From assembly GCA_938040325.1 (NCBI GenBank), contig CALHXW010000193.1:246-64245 (forward strand): a DNA stretch of 64,000 nucleotides. The letters are read 5' to 3'. This DNA comes from an uncultured bacterium. GTDB taxonomy: Bacteria; Myxococcota_A; UBA9042; PHBI01. Under the pieces are notes generated by a model. It made no database searches and was not told where the DNA came from. It was given only the letters and a program-made list of their open reading frames with translations. A program made the position numbers and the translations under genes. This document shows, one piece after another, positions 8,256-18,683 of this stretch (position 1 is its first letter; every line of letters begins with the position of its first letter).

Positions 8256-9461
8256 ATGGACGTTACGCGCAGCGACATTGAACTGGCCCGCGAGCGCATC
8301 CGTGATGCGGTCGAACTCACGCCGTGCGTGCGCTCCAACAAGCTCAGCGAGCAGCTTGGCATCCGGATTCATCTCAAGCACGAACACGCGCAAACCACCG
8401 GATCCTACAAGGAACGCGGCGCGCTCAATCGGGTGCTCGAGCTGGACACAGACTGCCGTGGCGTGATCGCTAGCAGTGCCGGTAACCATGGCCTAGGGGT
8501 GGCACGCCATGCAGCGGCACGCGGCATTCCCGTGACGATCGTCATGCCGCTCTACACCCCGCTGGTCAAAGTCACGAGCGTGCGGGAGCAGGGGGCATCT
8601 GTGGTCCTTCATGGCGACTCCTTCGGCGACGCTTACACCCATGCCTGCGAGCTTCGCGACCGGCATGACTGGGTGTTTATCCATCCGTTCGACGATGCCC
8701 ATGTTATCGCGGGCCAAGGCACCGTTGGCCTTGAGATTCTTGAGCAAGTCCCCGACGTCGACACCGTCGTGGTTCCCGTTGGCGGAGGCGGCCTCATCGC
8801 GGGAATCAGCGTAGCGATTCGTTCCGTCAGGCCGGACGTGCGGATCATCGGTGTCGAGTCCGACGCGATGCCGGGGATGGCAATGAGCCTGCAGGAGGGC
8901 TCCATTGTCACAGTGCCGGCACGACGCACGATTGCCGATGGAATCGCGGTTCCTCGCGTCGGAGACCGGCCATTTCGGATCGTCAAGGAGCTGGTGGACC
9001 GCGTCGTGACCGTTGACGACGATGAGGTTGCGAGCGCAGTCCTGACGCTCCTCGAGGTCGAAAAGACCGTGGTCGAAGGGGCGTCGGCTGCGGCCCTGGC
9101 GGCGGTCTTACACGGCGATATCCGCGACCTTGGGGAGCGCTTCGTTGTTGTGCTGACCGGCGGCAACATCGATGTCACACTGCTCAATCGAATCATTGTC
9201 CGCGGGCTTGTGAAGGACGGGCGGATGTTTCGCTTCCGAGCTCGGCTACCCGACACTCCCGGAGCGCTCTCCGGCATGCTTGATACCCTCGCCCAGCTTG
9301 CTTGCAACATCGTCGACATCTCCCACGACCGCACCCTCGTCAGCGGCGATGTGCGCGAGGTCGAGGTCGGAATGACCCTCGAGACGCGTGGGCATCCGCA
9401 CATCAAAGAGATCGTGACATCGCTCACGAGCGCGGGTATCAGCGTGCGCACATCGAGCTGA
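8256..9461 (+). CDS. ilvA: Threonine ammonia-lyase with C-terminal ACT domain
   Basis: QTTGSYKERGA PLP-lysine motif, SAGNH, HPFDD, PVGGGGL, GGNID and ACT (LPDTPGAL). Confidence 0.92.
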   Translation: MDVTRSDIELARERIRDAVELTPCVRSNKLSEQLGIRIHLKHEHAQTTGSYKERGALNRVLELDTDCRGVIASSAGNHGLGVARHAAARGIPVTIVMPLYTPLVKVTSVREQGASVVLHGDSFGDAYTHACELRDRHDWVFIHPFDDAHVIAGQGTVGLEILEQVPDVDTVVVPVGGGGLIAGISVAIRSVRPDVRIIGVESDAMPGMAMSLQEGSIVTVPARRTIADGIAVPRVGDRPFRIVKELVDRVVTVDDDEVASAVLTLLEVEKTVVEGASAAALAAVLHGDIRDLGERFVVVLTGGNIDVTLLNRIIVRGLVKDGRMFRFRARLPDTPGALSGMLDTLAQLACNIVDISHDRTLVSGDVREVEVGMTLETRGHPHIKEIVTSLTSAGISVRTSS

Positions 9462-9548
9462 GCCCCTTGGGCCCTACGCTCGGGTCCTCTCGCAACGCAA
9501 ACCACCGTGTGGTTGCCGGTTAGCAAACGTTCGCCTCAAGGATAACGG

Positions 9549-11006
9549 GTGGTTAGGAAGTTCGGACGGAAGCCTGGTCTCTGGGTTTTTTGCGTTGTGT
9601 CAATGGTCTACGCACTCGTTGCCTGGGACCGACTGGCGGAGCCGTCTGCGCAGTTCCACTTCGTGGATCTCGCCCACTCGTTTATGTCGGGCCGGCTCGA
9701 CACGGACACGCCGCGTCAGCGCTCGAGTCAGGCAAAAGCGGAAGACCCACGTGGCTACCGAGCTGCGATTAAGCGCACAGAGTCTGCAGGTGGCTGGAAC
9801 GACTGGGCGTCGTTGCGCACGTTGACCCTCAAGGGCGGCCAGGTGGTTCGCGGACGATTCGCGTGGCCGAGTGACAAGGGCGAGAAGCGCCACCTCTTTC
9901 ACACCGACGACGGCTTCGAGATGAAGATTGTCGTCCCCACGGACCTCGAGCGCACCTGCGGGGACAACGGACGACGTCTGTGTGACGAGCGGACGCACTA
10001 CGTGTCGTTTCCGCCCTTTCCTGGCATTGCGATGATGCCGCTGGCGGCGGTGTTTGGCTACGACGTCAACGACGTGTGGGTCACCATTGCGATGGGCGGT
10101 CTCAACGCGGTCCTGTTGTTTTGGTTCTTGCAGCTATTGACGGCGCGCGGTCACGGCTCGCGGACGACCCGTGACAACCTGTGGTTGACGTTCGCATTCG
10201 CGTTCGGGACCGTCGCCTTCTTTGCCTCCGTGCGCGGGGAGGTCTGGTTCACAGCGCTCATCTTCGGGGTGGCGCTCAACCTTGGCTACATGCTGGCAGC
10301 CCTCGACCTTCGCCATCCAATGCTGGCCGGGTTTCTACTGATCTGCGCCGTAGCGACACGTGTCCCCATCGCGTTCTGCGTGATGTTCTTTGCCTGGCAG
10401 CTCTTTATGCCAAACAACCGCTGGGCGCCGAACCGTCGCGATGAGATTCTAAAGAAGGGCACCCTATTCGCGTTGCCCATCATCTGCGGTGCTGTGTTGC
10501 TGATGCTCTTCAATGAGGCACGCTTCGGCAGCTACCTGGAGTTCGGGCACAGCTACCTCTCGGGTGGCGCCGCCGATCGGGTACGCGACCATGGGATGTT
10601 TAGCACCCACTACCTCAACCTCAACCTGCGCTCTGCGTTGATCACGCTTCCGCGTTTGACCAGCGAAGCGCCCTACCTGCAGATCTCCAATCACGGACTC
10701 GGCCTGCTCTTTACCACGCCGTTGTTGTGGCTCTTGCTCCGCCCGGCCACGTCTGCGCCGCTCCGCAGCGCACTCTGGCTAGCGGTCATCTGTGCTGCAG
10801 TGCCCGGGCTGCTCTACCAGAACTCGGGCTGGAAGCAGTTCAGCTACCGCTTTGCCCTCGACTATATGCCCTACATCATCGCGCTCATCGCCCTCGGAGG
10901 GCGCCCGCTGACGCGCAAGGTCAAAGGGCTAGTGGTTGCCGGTGTCGTCATCAACCTGTTTGGAGCCATCACGTTCGGTCGATACGCCTCGTTCTTCTAC
11001 GAGTGA
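9549..11006 (+). CDS. Polytopic membrane protein, possible GT-C glycosyltransferase
   Basis: Many TM helices; HYVSFPPFP, FNEARFGSYLEFG and GWKQFSYRF motifs. Confidence 0.65.
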   Translation: MVRKFGRKPGLWVFCVVSMVYALVAWDRLAEPSAQFHFVDLAHSFMSGRLDTDTPRQRSSQAKAEDPRGYRAAIKRTESAGGWNDWASLRTLTLKGGQVVRGRFAWPSDKGEKRHLFHTDDGFEMKIVVPTDLERTCGDNGRRLCDERTHYVSFPPFPGIAMMPLAAVFGYDVNDVWVTIAMGGLNAVLLFWFLQLLTARGHGSRTTRDNLWLTFAFAFGTVAFFASVRGEVWFTALIFGVALNLGYMLAALDLRHPMLAGFLLICAVATRVPIAFCVMFFAWQLFMPNNRWAPNRRDEILKKGTLFALPIICGAVLLMLFNEARFGSYLEFGHSYLSGGAADRVRDHGMFSTHYLNLNLRSALITLPRLTSEAPYLQISNHGLGLLFTTPLLWLLLRPATSAPLRSALWLAVICAAVPGLLYQNSGWKQFSYRFALDYMPYIIALIALGGRPLTRKVKGLVVAGVVINLFGAITFGRYASFFYE

Positions 11007-11609
11007 GGCGGCTTGCCGGGCGCGTCGCCAGCGCCACCACAGGGCCCCGATAACCACAGCAACGATAGACAGCGCGACAGCCGTGTAGCGGCTCAGCCAG
11101 CGATCGAGCTCCTCGATGTTTGAGCCGACGAGCGCGCCTGCTCCTAGCAGAAGCCCGTTCCACGCGAGTGCGCTGATGCCGCTGTAGATGAGAACATGCC
11201 AACGCGACAGGCCCGCGATCCCCGACGCGACAAGGAAGAGCGCGCGGACCCCTGGCACGAAGCGGTTGACCACCAAGTAGGTCGCACCCCGGCGCTCAAA
11301 CGACTCCACAAGCGTGCCGATCGTCGCTTGCGTGCGCGGCTTGAGCCGCCCAAGCCGGCCCGACCGCACGAGCCAGCGGCCGACCTGATGGTCCACCATG
11401 CACCCCAGGAGCGCGCCGAGCGTGACGACAGCAAGGACGGGCCACAGACTCCAACCGAACGCGGTCACGAGGACCGCCCCGCCGACGACAAAGAGGTCGC
11501 CAGGCGCGATCGGAAAGACATACTCGATGAAGGCGCCGCCGAAGAGCGCTGCGTACGTCAGCCAGGCTGGCCAGGCCTGCACGGTGTCGACAAGCTCGAC
11601 CAGGCTCAT
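10929..11609 (-). CDS. dedA: DedA family membrane protein
   Basis: IEYVFPIAPGD and NRFVPGVR DedA motifs; 3' end overlaps the convergent gene. Confidence 0.88.
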   Translation of the reverse strand: MSLVELVDTVQAWPAWLTYAALFGGAFIEYVFPIAPGDLFVVGGAVLVTAFGWSLWPVLAVVTLGALLGCMVDHQVGRWLVRSGRLGRLKPRTQATIGTLVESFERRGATYLVVNRFVPGVRALFLVASGIAGLSRWHVLIYSGISALAWNGLLLGAGALVGSNIEELDRWLSRYTAVALSIVAVVIGALWWRWRRARQAASLVEERGVSTERDGSKQVDDDTGNH

Positions 11610-11667
11610 GGCTGCCTACCCGGAGCGACCATGCCGCCACCGTCCACCGTGCACGCGCTCCGCCAGC

Positions 11668-13125
11668 TCAGGGCCTCAGCGTCAGAAGGGCTTGCCGCAA
11701 GCGGGCCTGACACCGTGCCTTGCCCAAGAGCTCCATCGTGCCGAAGAGGCCAGGGGTGGCCTTCTGGCCGGTGACCGCGACCCGCACCATCATGAACAAG
11801 TCTCTTAGCTTCCACTCAGTCGCCTCGACCTGCGCACGCAAGAGCGCCTCGATGGACTCGTTGCGCCAGTCGCGACAGGCATCAACAGCCTCTACGACAA
11901 TCTTCATGGCGCGATACGCCTCAACGCGCTCTTTCTTCTTGGGGATGAGCAGCTCCAGCGGCGTGGCCTCTGCGCGTCCCAGGATGAACGATGCCTGCGG
12001 CACAAAGTCTTCAAGTCGGGAGATACGCTCCCTCAGCAGTGGCGCGACCCGAGCGAGGTAGCCGCTCGAGAGCAGCCAGCTCTGGAGTCGCTCGACCAGC
12101 GCGTCATCGCCAAGCTCCCGAATGTAGAGCCCGTTGAGCCAGTCCAGCTTCTCAAGGTCGAACACGGGGCCGCCGAGCGCCATTCGCTGAAAGCTGAACT
12201 CCGCGACCATGTCGTCATAGCTGAACTTCTCGCGCTCGTCGGGCATCGACCAGCCCATCCGTCCAAGGAAGTTGACGAGCGCCTCGGGCAGGATTCCGAC
12301 CGCCTCATAAAACTCCAAGCTCACAGGGTTTTTGCGCTTGGAGATCTTGGACTTGTCAGCGTTACGGAGCAGCGGCAGGTGGATAAAGACAGGTGGTTGC
12401 CAGCCGAACGCCTCGTAGAGCCGGACGTGCTTGGGCGTCGACGGAATCCACTCCTCGGCCCGAATGACGTGGGTGATCTCCATGAGGTGGTCGTCGACGA
12501 CGTTGGCCAGATGGTAGGTCGGGAAGCCGTCGGACTTCATCAAGACCTGGTCGTCCATCTGGGAGTTGTCGATGCTCACTTCGCCACGAAGCGCGTCGTT
12601 GAATGCCGTCACGCCGTCCAGCGGAGCTTTGAAGCGGATGACATGGGGCTCGCCGGCTGCCAACCGGCGCTCAACCTCAGCGCTTGGCAGGTCTCGGTAG
12701 CGCCGGTCGTAGCTCGTCGACCGTCCTTCACTCTTGGCGCTCTTGCGCATCTCGGCGAGCTCTTCCGCCGTCGCGAAGCAGCGATATGCGCGCCCGGCCG
12801 CCAAGAGCTTGTCGGCGTGCTCACGGTAGATCTCGGTCCGCTCGCTCTGCCGGTATGGACCGTAGTCACCGCCGACGTCCGGGCCTTCGTGCCAGGTGAG
12901 ACCCAACCAGCCGAGGCTCTTGTAGATCGCTTCCTCGCTCGCCCGAGTCGAGCGGGTCTGGTCCGTGTCCTCGATCCGCAGCACGAAGCGACCGCCATTC
13001 GATGCCGCAAAGGCCTTGTTGAAGAGCGCCACGTACGCTGTTCCAACGTGCGGGTCGCCCGTCGGGCTGGGGGCGATCCGGACCCTGACGGGTCGGTCTG
13101 TAGGCAACGGAATGGGCGGGATCAT
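11668..13125 (-). CDS. gltX: Glutamate--tRNA ligase
   Basis: RIAPSPTGDPHVG (HIGH), LRIEDTD, KISKR (KMSKS). Confidence 0.97.
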   Translation of the reverse strand: MIPPIPLPTDRPVRVRIAPSPTGDPHVGTAYVALFNKAFAASNGGRFVLRIEDTDQTRSTRASEEAIYKSLGWLGLTWHEGPDVGGDYGPYRQSERTEIYREHADKLLAAGRAYRCFATAEELAEMRKSAKSEGRSTSYDRRYRDLPSAEVERRLAAGEPHVIRFKAPLDGVTAFNDALRGEVSIDNSQMDDQVLMKSDGFPTYHLANVVDDHLMEITHVIRAEEWIPSTPKHVRLYEAFGWQPPVFIHLPLLRNADKSKISKRKNPVSLEFYEAVGILPEALVNFLGRMGWSMPDEREKFSYDDMVAEFSFQRMALGGPVFDLEKLDWLNGLYIRELGDDALVERLQSWLLSSGYLARVAPLLRERISRLEDFVPQASFILGRAEATPLELLIPKKKERVEAYRAMKIVVEAVDACRDWRNESIEALLRAQVEATEWKLRDLFMMVRVAVTGQKATPGLFGTMELLGKARCQARLRQALLTLRP

Positions 13126-13787
13126 GACTCGGGTCCTTCGGTGGGGGCGTGGGAGTCGCTTGCGGGTTCGCTCGACGCGGGGTCGTCGTCCGTTTGATGG
13201 TCGCTGAACGCCCGCAGCGTGTCTTGAAGCACGCGTTTCGTCTGCCGTCGCTCGGCAGCGATGATGGATTGAAACGTTGCGACCGCATCGTCCAGCTCGT
13301 CGTTGACGACGATGTAGCGATACAGGTTCGCTTGGGCGATCTCGCCGCGAGCATTGTCGAGCCGTGTGTCGAGGGCTTCCGCCGACTCTGTCCCGCGACC
13401 GCGAAGGCGCGCTTCGAGGGTCTGGAAGTTCGGTGGCGCGATGAAGATGCTGAGGGCGTCCGGGAACGTCGCCATCAGCTGCTTGGCGCCCTCGATGTCG
13501 ATGTCAAAGACGATGTCTTTGCCGGCCTCCCACAGGCGCTCGATCTCGGCCTTGCTGGTGCCGTAACGGTTGAGGTGTACCGCTGCCCACTCGGCAAATG
13601 CCCGCTCCGCAATCATCTCGTCGAACGTGTCGTCGGACACGAAGTGATAGTCGCTGCCGTGTTGCTCGCCGGGCCTCGGAGCGCGCGTCGTGTGGCTCAC
13701 CGAGAGCGAAAGGCGCGGGTCATCCGCCATCGACCGCTTCAGGATCGTGGACTTCCCGCTACCACTTGGCCCCGTCATCACGACCAT
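13122..13787 (-). CDS. gmk: Guanylate kinase
   Basis: GPSGSGKS P-loop, SHTTRAPRPGE, YGTSK; start set at MVVMTG. Confidence 0.95.
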   Translation of the reverse strand: MVVMTGPSGSGKSTILKRSMADDPRLSLSVSHTTRAPRPGEQHGSDYHFVSDDTFDEMIAERAFAEWAAVHLNRYGTSKAEIERLWEAGKDIVFDIDIEGAKQLMATFPDALSIFIAPPNFQTLEARLRGRGTESAEALDTRLDNARGEIAQANLYRYIVVNDELDDAVATFQSIIAAERRQTKRVLQDTLRAFSDHQTDDDPASSEPASDSHAPTEGPES

Positions 13788-13803
13788 CAGGCCGCGCGTG
13801 GCC

Positions 13804-14694
13804 TCAGACGATGTTCTGGACCTGCTCACGGATCTTCTCCAATTCAACTTTGGCGTCCACGACCAGCGTTGCGACCTCTGCGTCGCGACACTTTGAGCCG
13901 ATGGTGTTGAACTCTCGCAGCAGCTCCTGCGAGAGGAAGTCGAGGCGCTTGCCGCGCTCGCTGTCATCGGCTTCGTCGATGGTAGCAACAAAGCGCTCTA
14001 GGTGGGTCTTGACCCGAACGCACTCCTCAGTCACGTCCGCGCGGTCGCTGAACACGACCAGCTCAGCGGCGATGCGCGCCTCGTCCAGCTCGCCGCCGAC
14101 CTGGGCCCGCGATCGGGCGACCTTCTCGCGAAGGCGCGCCTCCATGCCAGCAAGGATCTCCGGGGTGCTTGCCTCGACCTCGGTGACAGCGCGCTCAAGA
14201 ACGCCGAGCCGCGCGAGGAAGTCGGCTTTCAACGCCTCGCCTTCGCGTCGTCGCATCAACGTCAGCGCCTCTGCGGCGTCGCCGATGGCCGCGGTGAGAG
14301 CACCTTTGGCCTCATCCTCATCGATCGTGCTGGTTGTGACGCGCACAAAGTCGCCAAAACGCAGCGCAGCTTCCAGCGTCGGAGGCGGTGCATCGAGCTC
14401 GCGCGCAATCTCGTTGAGCGCAGTCATCATCACGGCGATGCCGTCCCGGTCGATCGCGACGGTCCGAGCTTCGCTGTCCATCGACTCAAGCTGAACGTGC
14501 GCGTCGACTGCGCCGCGCACGAGGGCCGCGCGAAGCTGCTGCTTCACTCCGGTCTCGAAGCGCGACAGCTCGCCCGGCGCGTGCAGTCGCATCGAGAAGT
14601 TCCTGTGGTTGACGCTCTTGAGCTCCACTCGGTACGCGCGACCGCTCACCTCGAAGCTGGCGGTCCCGAACCCGGTCATGCTTAGAATTCCCAT
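13804..14694 (-). CDS. yicC: YicC/YloC family endoribonuclease
   Basis: SMTGFG, KSVNHR, GKRLDFLSQE, REFNTIGSK, EKIREQVQN; usual position upstream of gmk. Confidence 0.95.
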   Translation of the reverse strand: MGILSMTGFGTASFEVSGRAYRVELKSVNHRNFSMRLHAPGELSRFETGVKQQLRAALVRGAVDAHVQLESMDSEARTVAIDRDGIAVMMTALNEIARELDAPPPTLEAALRFGDFVRVTTSTIDEDEAKGALTAAIGDAAEALTLMRRREGEALKADFLARLGVLERAVTEVEASTPEILAGMEARLREKVARSRAQVGGELDEARIAAELVVFSDRADVTEECVRVKTHLERFVATIDEADDSERGKRLDFLSQELLREFNTIGSKCRDAEVATLVVDAKVELEKIREQVQNIV

Positions 14695-14820
14695 CGCGCG
14701 TCACCCACCTGCTTAGGTCGACGACATACCAGAATCTTCGGCCTTTGGTGATGCTTCTTGATCACGCGTCAGCGCGTGGAAAACAAGCGGCTCGAAAGCA
14801 AGCGCGCGCGGCGCGGCGCG

Positions 14821-16194
14821 CTATGCTTCGGCGCGCGCAACAACCTCGGCCGCCCAAGAATCCAGCAGTCCCAGATCGGCGATCAGATCGAGCGCGACAT
14901 AGCGCCCTCGGATGTGGCGACAGACGCGCAGGGTGCGGATGGCGCGCTCTTGGTCGACGCCGAGCTGACTTGCCCGCTCCGCACAGCCAGCGTCCTGCAG
15001 CGCGCGGGTTAGCGTCTCGACCGGCATGCACATCGCCGCGAGCTTTGGTCGCATCTCGTCCCAGCTGTCTCTAACGTGGACGAGCTCGGCCCGCAGCTCC
15101 GCCCCATGCTTCTGCTTGGAAGCGAGCTGGGTGCGGATCTCGCCGACGATCGTTGCGTCGAGGTTCGGGTGGGCGGCAGCCAGCGTGTCGAGGTAGCTCG
15201 CGTCGGCCCGCCGGGCCACCAGCGCGTCCACGTCGATGCCGCCAACGTCAGTCGCCAGCAGCCGCTCAAAGAGCATCGCGGACTGACGCGTTGCAACGCC
15301 GACCTGGGTGCCATGAAGCGCAACGAGCGGCGCGTTGTGGTGCAGCTGCTCCATGTCCCAGTAGTGGCTCACCAAGTGCTCGCCACCTGACGCCGGCGAT
15401 GAGCTGCCAGCGATGGTCATCGAGTAGCCTGACAGCAGGATCGCCTGCATCAGCGTTGCGAGGCCAGCGCGCTCGGCGCGACCGATCGCGGCGGCCGCAT
15501 CCAGCATCTCGGCGAAGACCTCGTCGAGGAGCTCGGACGGTGCGGTGTTAAACGGCACCCCTCGCACGAGGCTGCTCAGCAGCCAGTCGGCGTTTGAGAA
15601 GGGCTTGGAGACCAAGTCACCAAATCCCGCTCGGTTGAGGTGGGCCGGAGCCGCGACCAACACGTCGGTGTCGGCAAAGATCGCCACAGGCTGCTGCGCC
15701 GGCAGCGTGCGCTTGACCCCGCCTACGAGCACCGCAGCGATGAGCGACGTGTAGCCGTTCATCGAGGCCGCCGTCGGCACGACCACGTAGTCACGCTCGA
15801 GCTCGTGGGTGGCCATCTTGACGATGTCGTTGACCGTACCTGCGCCCACCGCGACGGCCATTCCATCGCCTGCGGCGAGGATGGTGCGAAGCGCGGCGAT
15901 CGCACCGTCTTCGCAGACGAGGTGGTCGTCCTCGACGCGAGGCTCAAGGGTCAGCACCCGACACGTCCGGCCGCTCGCGCGGATGGCCTCGATGACGCGC
16001 TTGCCCGCAGCTGCGTGCGTGTGGTCGTCGCAGATGACCACCGCGTGCTTGTCGGCTGGCAGCGTCGCGTCGAGGTAGCCGGGAAGCGCCTCGATCGCGC
16101 TCGGCGCGAGCGTCACGTGGCGGGTGCGTCCGCGGTCAACATGGGGCTCTCGCTTGAGGAGAGCCGAGATCTTGGAATCGAATGAAGTACTCAC
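14821..16194 (-). CDS. sn-glycerol-1-phosphate dehydrogenase family (AraM/EgsA-like)
   Basis: GAGTVNDIVK, PTAASMNGYTS, AGFGDLVSK, PASGGEHLVSHYW, LHGTQVG; GTG start 7 nt after TGC-TAGGAT. Confidence 0.88.
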   Translation of the reverse strand: MSTSFDSKISALLKREPHVDRGRTRHVTLAPSAIEALPGYLDATLPADKHAVVICDDHTHAAAGKRVIEAIRASGRTCRVLTLEPRVEDDHLVCEDGAIAALRTILAAGDGMAVAVGAGTVNDIVKMATHELERDYVVVPTAASMNGYTSLIAAVLVGGVKRTLPAQQPVAIFADTDVLVAAPAHLNRAGFGDLVSKPFSNADWLLSSLVRGVPFNTAPSELLDEVFAEMLDAAAAIGRAERAGLATLMQAILLSGYSMTIAGSSSPASGGEHLVSHYWDMEQLHHNAPLVALHGTQVGVATRQSAMLFERLLATDVGGIDVDALVARRADASYLDTLAAAHPNLDATIVGEIRTQLASKQKHGAELRAELVHVRDSWDEMRPKLAAMCMPVETLTRALQDAGCAERASQLGVDQERAIRTLRVCRHIRGRYVALDLIADLGLLDSWAAEVVARAEA

Positions 16195-16481
16195 GCGGGG
16201 GATCCTAGCAGAGTTGACGGCGATGCGGTTCGTCACGTGCACGACCGAGCCGACGCCCCTAAGAACACTCGGGAACTGCGGCGTCGGACCGCACGCACGG
16301 GGCGCTCGGGCGGAGGAATGTCGGGTCGGCGCGGCGCCGTTCTTTGAGCGTCGGCGACCGTCGTGAAGCGCGGGGGCGCTGGAGCGCTGCGAACGAGGAC
16401 GCATGCGCGGTCGCGGCCAGGTAACGGCCTCGTTGAGGCCAGGTGTTGCCCAGCTGGTCGAAACTCCCTAACATGCCCCTT

Positions 16482-18683
16482 ATGGTCGCACTTCTTGTCC
16501 CTGAAGCCCGCTGGGCTCCTGCTCCTACCGTCGTTGGCTTGATCGCCAAGGTTCGGCAATACCACCCAGCCGCCGACGTCAATCTCATACGACGCGCTTT
16601 CGTTTTCGCAGAGCAGCATCATCGGCCCCAGCGTCGTAAGAACGGCGACCCTTACATCGGGCATCCTGTTGCTGTGGCGCACAACGTCGCCGGCATGAAG
16701 CTCGATGAGGCCACGGTCTGCGCGGCTCTGCTCCATGACGTCGTCGAGGACACGGACGCCACGCTTGAGGACATTGAGCGGGTGTTCAACCGCGAGATCG
16801 CCCACCTCGTGGACGGTGTGACCAAGCTCAACAAGATCCGCTTCCGCTCCAAGGAGGAGCGCCAGGCCGAGAACTTCCGGAAGATGCTCGTGGCGATGAG
16901 CAAAGACATCCGGGTGATCCTCGTGAAGCTGGCGGATCGCACGCACAACATGCGCACGCTGGGCTTCATGCCGGAGCACAAGCGGGTGGTGATCGCGCGC
17001 GAGACCATGGATATCTTTGCCCCCCTCGCTAACCGCCTCGGCCTAGGCGCGGTGAAGATCGAGCTGGAAGACCTCTCGTTTCGTCACCTCTACCCCGACG
17101 AGTATCAGGACATCCGCTCGGAAGTGAACCTCCGCCTGGAGGAGCGCAAGACCTATATCGACGGGGTCATCTCCGACATCACCCAGATCGTGGCAGACGC
17201 GGGCATTCACGCCGACGTGAGTGGTCGGCCGAAGCACTTCTGGTCGATCCACCGTAAGATGGTGCGCCAGCAGATCCCCTTCTCGAAGGTCTACGACCAC
17301 ATGGCCTTCCGCGTGCTCGTCGACAAGCAGAGCGAGTGCTACCACGCGCTTGGGCTCATCCATGAGCACTGGCGGCCCATCCCGGGACGCTTCAAAGACT
17401 ACATCGCCCTGCCCAAGCCTAACCGCTACCAGAGCTTGCACACGACCGTGATCGGGCCCGGCGGGCAGCGGATCGAGGTCCAGATCCGCACCCACGCGAT
17501 GCACCGCATCGCCGAGGCCGGCATTGCGGCCCACTGGAAGTACAAGGAAGGCGACCGGGTCGCGCAGCGCGATGAGGAGCGCTACGATTGGCTCAAGCGC
17601 ATGATGGAGTGGCAGCGCGAGTTCGACGACCCCAGCGAGTTCCTTGAGTCCGTGAAGGTCGAGCTCTTCGCCGACGAGGTGTACACCTTCACCCCGAAGG
17701 GCGAGCTGAAGGTCATGCCGCGCGGCTCCACGCCTGTTGACTTCGCCTACGCCATCCACTCGGAGGTCGGTGCGCGCTGCTCCGGCGCCATCGTCAACGG
17801 CGGGATCGTGCCGCTCACCCACAAGCTGCACAACGGCGACGTCGTTGAGATCATCACCAACCGCAACCAGAAGCCGAACAAAGACTGGCTGCGCTTCGTC
17901 AAGACCAACCGCGCGAAGAACCGCATCAAGGCGTTCATCCGCAAGGAGCAACGCGCGCGGTCGCTCGAGCTTGGTGAACAGCTGCTCGACAAGGAGTTCC
18001 GACGCTACTCGCGCTCCCTGGCGCGCGCCAAGAAGCTGCCCGAGTTCAAGGCCTATGCGATCGCCAACAGCCTCTCCGGCGTCGAGGAGCTCATCGTCCA
18101 GGTCGGGATGGGCAACCAAGCGGCCGTGTCGGTTGTTGCGGCGGTCTTTCCTGACGATGTGAAGCAGCGCTCACCAAAGCGCGTGCAGGTCGGCGCCAGC
18201 GACGGGGTCCTGGGTCGGATCCTACAGAAGGTCAAGGGACGGCCCGGCGGCGTCGTGGTGGACGGCCTCGATGGGGTCAAGCACACGATCGCAAAGTGTT
18301 GCTCGCCGGTGCCGGGAGAGTCGATTGTCGGGTTCGTCACGCCGGGACATGTGATCAGCGTTCACCGAAAGCACTGCGTGAACATCGTCGACCAGGATCC
18401 AGCCCGCGAGGTCGCGGTCCGCTGGGGGCAGGGCGGCTCGGGCTACCCGGTGGCGATTCGCGTCGTCACCGAGACCGGCGTCACGGGTCTGCTGACGATG
18501 ATGACCAAGGTGTTCAGCGACATGCGACTCAATATCGACGCCGCCAACTGCAAGGAAGCGCCGGACGGACGCGCTGAGAACATCTTCAACTTCCACTGCG
18601 TCGATCTGGAAGAGCTCAACGCGGTCGTGCGGCGCCTCGAGAACCTGCGCGGCGTCTACGCGGTCGAGCGACTTCGCGGGTGA
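16482..18683 (+). CDS. rel: Bifunctional (p)ppGpp synthetase/hydrolase (long RSH)
   Basis: Intact HD (LLHDVVED), RFKDYIA, YQSLHT, EVQIRT, TGS domain, KCCSPVPG and ACT. Confidence 0.96.
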   Translation: MVALLVPEARWAPAPTVVGLIAKVRQYHPAADVNLIRRAFVFAEQHHRPQRRKNGDPYIGHPVAVAHNVAGMKLDEATVCAALLHDVVEDTDATLEDIERVFNREIAHLVDGVTKLNKIRFRSKEERQAENFRKMLVAMSKDIRVILVKLADRTHNMRTLGFMPEHKRVVIARETMDIFAPLANRLGLGAVKIELEDLSFRHLYPDEYQDIRSEVNLRLEERKTYIDGVISDITQIVADAGIHADVSGRPKHFWSIHRKMVRQQIPFSKVYDHMAFRVLVDKQSECYHALGLIHEHWRPIPGRFKDYIALPKPNRYQSLHTTVIGPGGQRIEVQIRTHAMHRIAEAGIAAHWKYKEGDRVAQRDEERYDWLKRMMEWQREFDDPSEFLESVKVELFADEVYTFTPKGELKVMPRGSTPVDFAYAIHSEVGARCSGAIVNGGIVPLTHKLHNGDVVEIITNRNQKPNKDWLRFVKTNRAKNRIKAFIRKEQRARSLELGEQLLDKEFRRYSRSLARAKKLPEFKAYAIANSLSGVEELIVQVGMGNQAAVSVVAAVFPDDVKQRSPKRVQVGASDGVLGRILQKVKGRPGGVVVDGLDGVKHTIAKCCSPVPGESIVGFVTPGHVISVHRKHCVNIVDQDPAREVAVRWGQGGSGYPVAIRVVTETGVTGLLTMMTKVFSDMRLNIDAANCKEAPDGRAENIFNFHCVDLEELNAVVRRLENLRGVYAVERLRG

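Noticed and set aside
7419-8281. ORFs across the repeat clusters (also 2187-2633, 2282-2569, 5783-6172)
   Set aside because: They are translations of the MITE-like repeats; the same peptides recur at each copy and there are no transposase motifs.
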